A program made the translations under genes and the position numbers. A DNA stretch of 36,770 bases from assembly GCA_034722055.1 (NCBI GenBank), contig JAYENL010000106.1, positions 1 through 36,770 on the forward strand, written 5' to 3'. The notes below the pieces were generated by a model. The model was not told the DNA's origin. It saw nothing but the letters and a program-made list of their open reading frames with translations, and searched no databases. How positions within the stretch are numbered: the stretch's first letter is position 1; each line of letters opens with the position of its first letter. The stretch comes from Armatimonadota bacterium. GTDB lineage: Bacteria > Armatimonadota > Zipacnadia > Zipacnadales > UBA5352. Positions 27,172 to 36,255 of this stretch are shown here, in pieces.

Positions 27172-27301
27172 GGCGGCGAACGTCGGCAGGCTGCAGGCCC
27201 GCGGGACGGGAGATCGAGTGGAACGACCGTGGTGGGCCGGCCTCGGGCGTCTGCTGCGCAGCCGCAGCTCGTGCGGCCCCTCCGACGGCTACGAAACGGC
27301 G

Positions 27302-27862
27302 GCAGGCTGGAAGCCTGCGGCGACGATGCCTCGGTCCGTAGGGCAAGCATCCCTGCCTGCCAACGCCCGCAGGCTACGAGTCGGAGCGGGAGAGCGGAGA
27401 ACAAACAGCGGACGGGTCTGAGGACCCGTCCCTCCGAACGGCGCACGGGCAGGAGTGCCCGTGCCACGGAACGACAACGGCGAACGGCCGCAGGCTGGAA
27501 GCCTGCGCCACCATGCCTCGGTCCGTAGCGCGGGCATTCATGCCTGCCAACGACCGCAGGCTACGAGTCGGAGCGGGAGAGCGGAGAACGCCGAACGGCG
27601 CACGGGCAGGAGTGCCCGTGCCACGGAAGGACAACGGCGAACCACCGCAGGCTGGAAGCCTGCGCCACCATGCCTCGGTCCGTAGGGCAAGCATCCCTGC
27701 CTGCCAACGACCGCAGGCTACGAGTCTGCAGGGGGACAGCCCAGAACGACGACAAACAGCGGACGGGTCTGAAGACCCGTCCCTCCGAACGGCGCACGGG
27801 CAGGAGTGCCCGTGCCACGGAACGACAACGGCGAACGGCCGCAGGCTGGAAGTTTGCGCCAC
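27302..27862. repeat. BIME-like tandem array of about three mosaic units built from four different REP-like hairpins
   Basis: GCAGGCTGGAAG(C/T) recurs at 27302, 27490, 27647 and 27841. Units also carry GTAG-GGCAAGCATCCCTGCCTGCC, GGACGGGTCTGA(A/G)GACCCGTCC-CTCC and GCACGGGCAGGAGTGCCCGTG-CCAC. Confidence 0.9.
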
Positions 27863-27887
27863 GACATGTAGATGAGCGAAGGGGATC

Positions 27888-29330
27888 GTGATGACTCAGC
27901 GATCGATCATCGACTGCGACGTCGTGGTGCTCGGGACCGGCGCGGCCGGGATGATGGCCGCGCTGTCAGCCGCCGAGGCCGGGGCCGAGGTTTACTGCGT
28001 CTCGAAGATGGCCCCCCGCGCCCCGAGCTGCACCACGCGCGCCTATGGCGACATCACCTGGTCCACGGACGAGACCGCCGACGAGCTCTTCCGGCAGGTC
28101 GTGGAGACGGGCGGCTTCCTCGGCAACCAGAAACTGGTCCGGCGCTTCGCCCAGCGCGTCCCGTCGGCGCTGAGCGCCCTCACCGCGATCGGTATCGAGC
28201 TCGACGAGCCGCGGCCGGCCGGCGACGGCATGCCGGGCACCGTCCGGTGGTCGTACCGCGGAGCAGACTCCGGCCAGGAGCTGCTCGACGAGGTGGGTGA
28301 CGAGGCCAGCCGGGCGGGGGCGCGCTTCATGTACGGCCTCGTGGCCACGGAGCTGCTGGTCGGGGATGGCGGGATCGGAGGGCTGGCGACTATCTCCCTG
28401 AAGGCCCGCCAGCCTGTCATCTTCAGCGCGCCGCAGGTCGTGATCGCCACCGGCGGTGGGGCGTGCCTCTACCCGCGCGCTGACAACCCGGGCGGCACCA
28501 CCGGCGACGGCATCGTCATGGCCTACGAGGCGGGCGCGGAGCTGGTGGACCTGGAGCTGATCACCTTCGCATACCCGCCGAAGCGCGTCGCCGACGTGCT
28601 GCAGCGTGGAGAGGAGCTGCGGGATGAGCTGCTGGGCCTCGGCCACGCGCACTACTTCCTCGGCGGGGTTCGCATCGACGCGGAGGGCGCCGGGTCAGTG
28701 CCCGGCCTGATGGCCGCCGGCGAGGCCAGCGGGGGGCTGTTCGGGGCCGGACGCCTCGGCGGCAGCGCGCTGGGCGACTGTTTCGTCTTCGGGCGCGATG
28801 TGGGCCGGGCTGCCGCCATCGCCGCCGAGGACCGCGACGCACGCGACCTGTCCGACGACCTCATCGACGCCGCCTGCCAGCGCATCAACGAGATCCTGCG
28901 GGGCGAGGATGACCCCGCGCCCGTCGCCGAGCGCATCCGGGAGATCGCATGGCAGGGCATCGGGCCGGTGAAGACCGAGGCCAGCATCACCCGGGCGCTG
29001 GCGGAGCTTGATGCCATCGACCCGCACCGTGATGGCCTCGGGGGTGCGGATCGCGACAGCATCCGCACGGCAGTCGAGGCGCGGAACATGCATATGCTGG
29101 CGTGGCTGGTCGCAACGGCGTCACTGAAGCGGAAGGAGACGCGCGGCTGTTACTGGCGGGCGGACCACTCGGAGCCCGACAACGAGACACAGCTTCGGAA
29201 CATCGTCCTGCGCAAGGGGGCGAGCGGCTGCGAGGTCACCTCGCAGCCGCCCGTGATGACTGAGCTGAGGGAGCCGAGCCACCCGCGCATCGGCGCGGGC
29301 TGCTTCGGATACATCAGCCGCGACCGATAG
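27888..29330 (+). CDS. FAD-binding protein of the succinate dehydrogenase/fumarate reductase/L-aspartate oxidase flavoprotein family (atypical, short)
   Basis: DVVVLGTGAAG, VVIATGG, TTGDGIVMAYEAGAELVDLE, HYFLGG, GLMAAGE, RLGG and RKETRGCYWRADH. Confidence 0.82.
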   Translation: MMTQRSIIDCDVVVLGTGAAGMMAALSAAEAGAEVYCVSKMAPRAPSCTTRAYGDITWSTDETADELFRQVVETGGFLGNQKLVRRFAQRVPSALSALTAIGIELDEPRPAGDGMPGTVRWSYRGADSGQELLDEVGDEASRAGARFMYGLVATELLVGDGGIGGLATISLKARQPVIFSAPQVVIATGGGACLYPRADNPGGTTGDGIVMAYEAGAELVDLELITFAYPPKRVADVLQRGEELRDELLGLGHAHYFLGGVRIDAEGAGSVPGLMAAGEASGGLFGAGRLGGSALGDCFVFGRDVGRAAAIAAEDRDARDLSDDLIDAACQRINEILRGEDDPAPVAERIREIAWQGIGPVKTEASITRALAELDAIDPHRDGLGGADRDSIRTAVEARNMHMLAWLVATASLKRKETRGCYWRADHSEPDNETQLRNIVLRKGASGCEVTSQPPVMTELREPSHPRIGAGCFGYISRDR

Positions 29331-29336
29331 CCCGTC

Positions 29337-30080
29337 TCAGGGATAGTACTCCCCGGAGTAGCCCTGCCTGTCGAGGTAGCGCTGGACCGACTCGATGCGG
29401 TCACTGCTCCCCGGATGGCTCATGGCCAGGATCTCCAGGTCGCTGGGGTCCTCGCCCTGCAGCTCCCGGAAGGTCTCCAGCACCGGGATGGCCGCGGTGG
29501 GGTCGTAGCCCGCCCCGGCGGCCCAGCGGCAGCCGAGCCTGTCGGCCATGTGCTCGTGATCGCGGCCGTAGTCCTGCAGCATGAGGCCGCCTACAAGCCC
29601 TGCGATGTCCCTGGCGGTGTCCTTGCCCAGGAGCATGTCAATGAGCAGGCTGGCGCCGATCTGCCGCTCGATCCTGCGCACCGCGTGCTGCTGGCGGATA
29701 TGCGTGATCTCGTGGCCGATGACCCAGGCCACCTGGTCCTCGTCTCGATCCAGGGTGTCGATGAGGCCCTCGTAGAAGTAGATGGGACCGCCCGGCAGCG
29801 CGAAGGCGTTGTTGACGTCCTCCCGCACCAGCGTGAAGCTGTAGGGGTAATCGGGCGGGGAGGCCGCCTCCCCCACGCGCCGGCCGATGTCCTGCAGCCA
29901 CTGCGCCAGGTCGCTGCTACGGTCCACCTCATGCTCGGAATCGAACTCCGCCGCGGCGTCTTCGCCGATCTCGATCTCCTGGTCCCTGCTGATCAGGAAG
30001 GTGGTGCCCCCGCAGCCGGCCAGCAACAGCCCCAGCGAGGCCAGCAGCGCCAGCAGCATGAGCCGTCTCGCCCTCGTCAT
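29337..30080 (-). CDS. M48-family zinc metallopeptidase lipoprotein
   Basis: Lipobox LLAGC, NAFALPGG, GHEITH (HExxH), YGRDHEHMAD and SHPGSSDRI. RBS AGGAGGAG. Confidence 0.9.
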   Translation of the reverse strand: MTRARRLMLLALLASLGLLLAGCGGTTFLISRDQEIEIGEDAAAEFDSEHEVDRSSDLAQWLQDIGRRVGEAASPPDYPYSFTLVREDVNNAFALPGGPIYFYEGLIDTLDRDEDQVAWVIGHEITHIRQQHAVRRIERQIGASLLIDMLLGKDTARDIAGLVGGLMLQDYGRDHEHMADRLGCRWAAGAGYDPTAAIPVLETFRELQGEDPSDLEILAMSHPGSSDRIESVQRYLDRQGYSGEYYP

Positions 30081-30238
30081 CGTCTGACTCCTCCTGCCCC
30101 TGCAATGCCGCCCGTCTCTCATCCGAGTATTCGACGCCGGGGGCGGCGCGCCTGCCCAACTCGCCGCTTTGGGGCCGGGCAGGAAGGCGGCCACCGTGTC
30201 TCCACGGTGGCCGCCCGGAGGCCGCACCTCGGCGAGCG

Positions 30239-31255
30239 TCACTCGCCAAGCAGGTGCGCACGTACAAACTGATAGGCCCGCTCGTGGGCCTGCCTGATCT
30301 CTCGGGGATCGCCGCCCTTGAGGCCGTGCCCGCCGCCCTCGATGGTGATCAGCTCCAGCGGCACGCCGGCCTCCTCCAGCCGCTGAGCCAGAATCTGCGC
30401 CTGCGAATACGGGACCGTCCGGTCCTCGGTGCCGTGCATCACCAGCACCGGCGGGTCGTCAGGCGAGATGTGCGTGACGGGCGAGGCCTGGGCGAACCGC
30501 GCCGGAGCCTCGTCGAGGGTCGTGTCCATGAATGCCAGCAGGGCGCGCTGCTGGTGCATGGAGTCATCGGCGGTGAGGTCGGTGGGCGGGTTCTTGGCGA
30601 CCACGCACTGCGCGAAGTTCGCAAGCTGATTGCCGCCCGCGTCCAGGTCCTCTGCGCCGGGCTCCATGAAGGCCATCATCAGCACCAGATGCCCCCCTGC
30701 CGAGCCGCCCCACAGCCCCAGGGCGTCGGGATCGACGTTGAACTCCCCGCCGTGCTTTCGTATCCAGCGAATGGCCCGGAGGCAGTCCTCCACCGCGGCT
30801 GGGTAGGGCGCCACGCTGGAGAGCCGGTAATCAAGCGAGAACACGGCGATGCCGTCGGCGATGGCCCGAGGGCCCTGCACGGCGTTGAAGCCGCCTTTCT
30901 TGCTTCCGCGCCGCCACCCGCCACCGTGGATGAAAACGATCGCCGGATGCACCTGATTGTCAGCGGGGAGGTAGGCGTCCAGCAGCAGCCGATGACCGTC
31001 AACCACCCCGTACTCGACGTCGCGCATCTCCCACCAGTCGCCCATGAAGCTCACGGTGGGCCCGGATGCGCTCTCCGCAGGCGGAGCATCGCCGGCATCG
31101 ACGAGCTGTGCGCGCCGGTCCCGGGGTGGCTCCCGCTGTCCGCCGGGCTGCGGCTGCGCCACACAGGTCGCGAGGATACCGCCGAGCGCAACCACGGCGC
31201 TGATGCCGATGATCCGACGTCCGGGTGTCGCCAGCGCGCCATGGCAGGAACGCAT
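30239..31255 (-). CDS. Exported alpha/beta hydrolase (esterase/lipase, HSL/BD-FAE-like)
   Basis: IHGGGW, GGSAGG, SPVTHISPDDPPVLVMHGTEDRTVP and GGGHG. ATG at 31255 follows AGGAGG. Confidence 0.9.
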   Translation of the reverse strand: MRSCHGALATPGRRIIGISAVVALGGILATCVAQPQPGGQREPPRDRRAQLVDAGDAPPAESASGPTVSFMGDWWEMRDVEYGVVDGHRLLLDAYLPADNQVHPAIVFIHGGGWRRGSKKGGFNAVQGPRAIADGIAVFSLDYRLSSVAPYPAAVEDCLRAIRWIRKHGGEFNVDPDALGLWGGSAGGHLVLMMAFMEPGAEDLDAGGNQLANFAQCVVAKNPPTDLTADDSMHQQRALLAFMDTTLDEAPARFAQASPVTHISPDDPPVLVMHGTEDRTVPYSQAQILAQRLEEAGVPLELITIEGGGHGLKGGDPREIRQAHERAYQFVRAHLLGE

Positions 31256-31337
31256 GCGAGCTACCTCCTGCAGGCCCACGCAGGTACTCCTCCTGCTCTC
31301 GCAAACGCCCCAGGGCGGCGGATTGTTCACCGGCAAA

Positions 31338-31465
31338 CGACCGCAGGCTGGAAGCCTGTGGGCAGATCGCGCGGCAACGACCGTGGTGGGCCAGCCTCGC
31401 GCCTCCGGCGCTCGTGCGGCCCCTCCGACGACGCAAACGACCGCAGGGTGGGAGTCTGCGGCACG
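31338..31465. repeat. REP-like cluster homologous to 27185-27320
   Basis: Shares AACGACCGTGGTGGGCC..GCTCGTGCGGCCCCTCCGACG and CGCAGGCTGGAAGCCTG. Confidence 0.75.
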
Positions 31466-31707
31466 GTCTCAACACCTGCCGGGGGCGGGCGCCCCCGACG
31501 CTGCTGTTATCACGGACTCTTCCGCTGGGCTATGGTTTGGGCGATGGCGCCGGAAATGATGGGAAGTCCCCAAATCGGGCCCATAGGTGCCGCAAAGCGC
31601 TCCTGCAGGGGTCAGCGCCATGTGCGCCGAGACCCTGCCGGGCAGCCCGCCCCTGGTTGCCGTTTGTCGTTGTGTCCGTACCAGGGACCACCTTGGGCCG
31701 GCCTCGT

Positions 31708-33660
31708 CTACAGCGCCGGCACCAGAAGTTGCTCGGGCTCGGCGGCGACGATGTTCGGAATGCCCTCCAGGCGCATCCAGTGATCCTCCGCCGCGTCCGT
31801 GGCCTCCACCCACCAGACGCGCCCTCCCAGTCCCTCAGGCTCCACGGACTGCTCAACCTGCTCGACGATGCGCACATGCTCGCAGAGCGTCTCCCCGTCG
31901 GGGCGGAACAGGCGGAAGGTGGCTGGCTCCGCCTCGCTGGCGCCCATGACGAGGGTGAACTGCTGCGTCGCCCGCGGCACGTAGAAGAACAGGCGGCTGG
32001 AGGCGCTGGGCCCCTTGTCGTGATCGCACAGGTGGATGCGGTCGGGTGCGAAGAGCGCCGCGGTGGCGCTCTGGGGCATCGCCCACCACGCGTTGTTGTG
32101 CGCTGTCACCGCCATCACCCACGGGCCTGCGGCGTCAGCCTCATGCTCCACGCGCGCCTGCTGGCCCAGGTCAATGTGCGCCTGAGCCGCCCGCGAGCCG
32201 TCGGGGCGGAAGAAGGAGACAGCGGAGCCGGCGGTGTACCGTCCCAGCCGCAGGTTCCTGACGTCGATCGCCAGCGTCTCGCCTGGTTCCGCGCGCGCAA
32301 CGAAGGTGTGCATCCCGCGCAGGACCAGCCCCGTCGGCTCCGGGGGATCATCGGGAATCGCCTCGGCGGGAAGCGGCTGCCACTGGGGGGCCTCGGTCAG
32401 AAGCTGCTGCAGGTGCGCCGGGCGCTCGACGGGCAGGGGCGCCGGCTGCAAGGGGGACTCGTAGTCGCCCCCCGCGGCGGCGTAGCGATCCAGCTCGGTG
32501 TTGACCGTCCGCAGCGCCTCCAGGAAGGGCCGCCGGTCCTGGGGCGTGGCGCCCATTCGGTGCAGCGCCCAGAACCAGTAGCCGGCGGTGTTGATGGCGC
32601 GGTGGTAGAGGTTGCCCGGCAGCACCTCCAGGAAGGTGCGGGGCACCTGGCCGTTCTCGTAGCCGTAGCGCAGCCCGGGGCAGAAGAGGATCGGGACCCG
32701 GGCCTGGGCGCGCACCTCCTCAGCGTAGCGGAGGAACTGCTCGTCGAATGCCCCCGGATAGGTGCTCTCCGGGCCCACCCAGCATGGTACCTCCGGCGTC
32801 GAGAAGCCGGCCGCAACGCCGCGGTACCAGGGCCGGTTCTTCCACAGGAAGAAGCCCAGGATGGCGTCGGGGACCAGGGCCTGCACCCGCTCGCGGGTCC
32901 GCTGGGCCATCTCCCGGATGCGCTCGACCTGGAAGTCCCGCAGCTTCTGCTCCAGGCCGCGGTCGGCAATCAGCTCCCGGCGCTCGGGGATCGACAGGCC
33001 TTCGAACTGCAGGTCCGCGCCGGTCTGCTGCACGAACCGGCCCAGCGCGAAGTCGCCGTAATCCACGCCCCCCGGCGATCCGCCGCCGAAGCCGTAGGTC
33101 TCGGAGTCGATCAGGAAGCCGTCAATCTGGTACTGCTCCCCCTGCAGCATCTGTGCGACGCGCACGAATCGCTGCTCGATGACGCGAGTCCAGTAGACGT
33201 CATCGACGGGGCTGGGGCGCGCGCCGTTGTTGCATCGCCGGGGGTTGTCGCGCAGGCCGTCGTTGATGTTGGCCCAGTCCTGCGCGTAATCGCACATGTA
33301 GAGGAAGTGCAGCCCGCTGTGCTTCGCCGCGCGAGAGGTGGGCCTGACGAGGCGCCAGCAGCGCAGCGTGGATGGCGGCGTGCGGCCCTCGGGGTACTCG
33401 TCATCGATCTCCTCGTCGCCCGAGGGGTCGTTGGCGATCTCCAGGCGGCTGATCACAGCGTTGAGGCCGGCCGCCTCCGCCTCCGGGAACCACTCGGGGT
33501 CGGCGCAGTAGTTGTACCCGCCACGGAAGCGCTCCGTCCTGATCCACTCCAGCTTCGGCGACAGCCCCTGAAGCGTCTCCTCGACGCCCTGGGCCCGAAC
33601 CGGGCCGATGATCAGCGCCATGAGCATGACGGTGCACAGTGCTATGGCAGGAGCGTTCAT
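31708..33660 (-). CDS. Hypothetical secreted protein (650 aa), possibly glycoside-hydrolase-like barrel plus beta-sandwich domains
   Basis: Signal peptide MNAPAIALCTVMLMALIIGPVRA after AGAGGTGAGG. The ORF-track extension to 34530 overlaps the upstream gene in another frame. The fold call is tentative. Confidence 0.7.
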   Translation of the reverse strand: MNAPAIALCTVMLMALIIGPVRAQGVEETLQGLSPKLEWIRTERFRGGYNYCADPEWFPEAEAAGLNAVISRLEIANDPSGDEEIDDEYPEGRTPPSTLRCWRLVRPTSRAAKHSGLHFLYMCDYAQDWANINDGLRDNPRRCNNGARPSPVDDVYWTRVIEQRFVRVAQMLQGEQYQIDGFLIDSETYGFGGGSPGGVDYGDFALGRFVQQTGADLQFEGLSIPERRELIADRGLEQKLRDFQVERIREMAQRTRERVQALVPDAILGFFLWKNRPWYRGVAAGFSTPEVPCWVGPESTYPGAFDEQFLRYAEEVRAQARVPILFCPGLRYGYENGQVPRTFLEVLPGNLYHRAINTAGYWFWALHRMGATPQDRRPFLEALRTVNTELDRYAAAGGDYESPLQPAPLPVERPAHLQQLLTEAPQWQPLPAEAIPDDPPEPTGLVLRGMHTFVARAEPGETLAIDVRNLRLGRYTAGSAVSFFRPDGSRAAQAHIDLGQQARVEHEADAAGPWVMAVTAHNNAWWAMPQSATAALFAPDRIHLCDHDKGPSASSRLFFYVPRATQQFTLVMGASEAEPATFRLFRPDGETLCEHVRIVEQVEQSVEPEGLGGRVWWVEATDAAEDHWMRLEGIPNIVAAEPEQLLVPAL

Positions 33661-33677
33661 GGTCCTCACCTCTCGGT

Positions 33678-36032
33678 TCAGCCTCGTGACGAGCGGGTGA
33701 ATGCAGTCCACGTTGCCACCAGCACCGCTCCGGCGCCGCAGATGACGCTGGCGAGTCCGCAGGTGCTGGGCAGCCCCAGCACAGGCGCGAACAGAGCCCC
33801 CGCCAGCACTGCCCCGCCGGCGGCGCCAACGAGGTCGGCGGCGTACAGCGCCGCCGCGGCGCGGCTGAGGCCCCGGGTCGCGTGGGCCCGGGACGCCAGC
33901 GGAAAGATCAGTCCCACCAGCAGCCCGATGACGGCGGTGGCCAGCGGGAACAGCAGTGGCAACGCCCGGCCCTGCTGGGCTGCGAGCGCCGGGAGGCCCG
34001 CGGCGAGCGTTCCCGCCACCGCCGCCAGCAGAACGAAGGCGAGCATGAGCAGATGCAGCGTGCGTATCGCCGGCCGCTCCCCCGTCCCCCGCTCCGCCAG
34101 CAGGCTGCCGGCCGCCGCACCCACCATGAAGGCCCCGATGATCACGCCCACCATGGAGTAGACGTACCCGTAGAGAGACTGGAAGGCGAAGAGCAGCGAG
34201 ACCTCCAGGGCCATGGAGACGAAGCCGCTGCAGGCCACGGCAACCGGGATGAAGGACGCCGCCACCGGCCGGAGCCACGACAGCGCCAGCAGCATCGACA
34301 GCCCCAGCCCCACCACCAGCATCAGCTCCTCGGCGCTCACCCGGCTGAGGCGCTCCAGAAGGGCGGCCGACGCGGGCTGGAACTGCGTCAGCCACCAGGA
34401 CTGGTCGAGGAAGTAGCCGATGGGCCGCAGGTCCCGGTTCACGGGCGCGTCGCTCGCGTCGGCCAGGACTGCATTCACCGCGGTCAGCGTGGAGGGGTCC
34501 AGCCTGTCGGGCAGCATGGCCTCCAGCCACGGAGCGTCCACCTCGCGCTCGCTCATCCGGCGCTGCAGCTCGCGCCAGTCGGTGGTCAGCGCCTGTCCGC
34601 GCCCGGCCACGCAGACGGTGCTCTCACCGGGCATGCGGGCAATGTGCGGGAAGCGGATGGAGGCGGTTGATAGCAGCGAGCAGTGCAGCCGCAGGAGCGC
34701 GGGGCTGAAGTAGCCCCTCGACCCGGGCACCTCCCAGCCCACCACGCCGCCCTCGGCGAGCGCTGCCTCTGCGGTCGTGTAGAACTCCCGCGTGTAGAAG
34801 CGGTTAAGCTGAGCTGTCGCGGGGTCGGGAAGGGCGATGATCACGGCATCCCAGCTTCGCTCGGTCGAGGCGATCACGCGTCTGCCGTCGCCGATGATGA
34901 CCTGCACGGCCGGGTGCTTGAGGGCCTGGCGATCCCCTGGCGCGGCCCACCGCTGCGCGACCCCCAGCAGCGCCTCGTCCAGCTCCACGTACGCCACGCG
35001 GTCCGGGCGGTGCTTCAGCACCTCACGGAGGCCACCGGTGATCCCACCCCCGATCAGCAGCACGCGCCGGGGCTGAGGATGCTGCAGGAGCGTGAAGTGA
35101 ACCAGCTCGTCGATGGTCCCCGGAAGCGGCGGAGAGGCGCCGCTGTAGAGGCCGTTCTCATACACGTAGATGCCGGTCCGTTGCTGGCGGACCACCGCGG
35201 TGTTGCCGAAGATCGTCTCGATGTTCGCCAGCAGCTCGTGATTGTACCAGCGCCACTGCAGGGACCGGCGCTGCAGCCACGCGGTAGCTGGCGACGCCAG
35301 CATTGCCACCAGCAGCGCCCCGCCCGCCACGACCAGCGCCGCCCGCAGCCGCCCGCCGTCGGAGCCGGTCAGAAGCAGCGCGGCCGGCACGGCGTTTACC
35401 ACGGCGACCGCCAGCGCCATCGTGAAGGGGTCCAGCAGCACCACCACGGCGGTGGCAAGCAGGACGCCTCCGATGAGGTGGCCCACGGCATCGGCGGCGT
35501 AGGCGGGGCCGGCCGAGGCCCGGCGGCGCGCGCGGCAGTACAGGTCGCAGCCCACGGCAAACTGGGCCCCGTCGAGGGCCGCCGGGCCGGACGCCACGAC
35601 CGCTCCCACCAGCAGCATCTGGCCCAGGCCCAGCATCTCGCCGGGTCGCGTCGCCAGCCATGCCAGCACGCGGCCGAGCACGGGGACGGTCGCCGCGTCG
35701 AGTGAGCCGATTCCTACCAGCAGCAGCGGCGCCGCTCGCACCAGCGACAAGGCAATCAGCAGAAGCGGCCCGGGCAACGCGCACAGCATGGCCATGCGCC
35801 GGGCCGCGCCTTGGTGGGCCTCATCGGCCCGGAGGCGGCGGGCCGCCAGAGTGCTCCCGGCCGCACCCGCCAGCAGCCAGCAGGCCAGCAGCAGGCCCAT
35901 GGACAGCTCGTTGCCGTAGGCCACCACCAGCAGCTCACGCATCAGCAGTACCTGCGCCACCCCCGCCGCGAAGCCGGCGGCGAGCAGGGCGGCCAGTGCG
36001 GAGAAGGATGCGGGGCAACTGTTCATGGGCAC
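33678..36032 (-). CDS. Multi-pass membrane protein fused to a spermidine-synthase-like SAM-binding domain
   Basis: AQVLLMRELLVVAYGNELSMG, PRRVLLIGGG, YVELD, GDGRR, LPDP..LNRFYTREFY, FQSLYGYVY and LYAADLVGA. Start is GTG 36032 or ATG 36026. Confidence 0.85.
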   Translation of the reverse strand: MPMNSCPASFSALAALLAAGFAAGVAQVLLMRELLVVAYGNELSMGLLLACWLLAGAAGSTLAARRLRADEAHQGAARRMAMLCALPGPLLLIALSLVRAAPLLLVGIGSLDAATVPVLGRVLAWLATRPGEMLGLGQMLLVGAVVASGPAALDGAQFAVGCDLYCRARRRASAGPAYAADAVGHLIGGVLLATAVVVLLDPFTMALAVAVVNAVPAALLLTGSDGGRLRAALVVAGGALLVAMLASPATAWLQRRSLQWRWYNHELLANIETIFGNTAVVRQQRTGIYVYENGLYSGASPPLPGTIDELVHFTLLQHPQPRRVLLIGGGITGGLREVLKHRPDRVAYVELDEALLGVAQRWAAPGDRQALKHPAVQVIIGDGRRVIASTERSWDAVIIALPDPATAQLNRFYTREFYTTAEAALAEGGVVGWEVPGSRGYFSPALLRLHCSLLSTASIRFPHIARMPGESTVCVAGRGQALTTDWRELQRRMSEREVDAPWLEAMLPDRLDPSTLTAVNAVLADASDAPVNRDLRPIGYFLDQSWWLTQFQPASAALLERLSRVSAEELMLVVGLGLSMLLALSWLRPVAASFIPVAVACSGFVSMALEVSLLFAFQSLYGYVYSMVGVIIGAFMVGAAAGSLLAERGTGERPAIRTLHLLMLAFVLLAAVAGTLAAGLPALAAQQGRALPLLFPLATAVIGLLVGLIFPLASRAHATRGLSRAAAALYAADLVGAAGGAVLAGALFAPVLGLPSTCGLASVICGAGAVLVATWTAFTRSSRG

Positions 36033-36149
36033 GCCCGCTGTTCGCCTGTCTCGCCCCGAATCCCTCCGCGGCGGACGGAGACGGCCCTGCTGCCTTTACG
36101 GCTTCGTGAGGCGTGTCACGCATCTTTTCCCCTGCTTCGAACTGGGCGC

Positions 36150-36177
36150 TTGACTCGGCCCGGTGAAGGCCTATAAT
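36150..36177 (+). promoter_or_regulatory. Sigma70-like promoter for the PEP-CTERM gene
   Basis: TTGACT at 36150-36155, 16-bp spacer, TATAAT at 36172-36177. Confidence 0.65.
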
Positions 36178-36255
36178 GGCAGTGAGGTACCAGGGAAACC
36201 AGCACTGCAGCAGGCCCGCCGGCAATCGGACGACAACTGCATAAGGAGCTGAAGC

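Noticed and set aside
27302..27862. Possible CRISPR array
   Set aside because: The sequences between repeats are themselves repeated, the periods are 157-194 bp, and no cas genes are present.
27888..29330. Naming the gene sdhA, frdA or nadB
   Set aside because: Key active-site residues and the capping domain appear to be missing, and no partner subunits or nadA/nadC are adjacent.
31225..34161. 978-aa plus-strand ORF, and other long antisense ORFs such as 18002..19879, 10638..12302 and 30254..31783
   Set aside because: These are shadow frames opposite well-supported genes in high-GC DNA, with no recognisable motifs.
36179..36240. Known riboswitch in the PEP-CTERM leader
   Set aside because: I could not match it to any riboswitch consensus I know, so it is kept only as a low-interest structural note.
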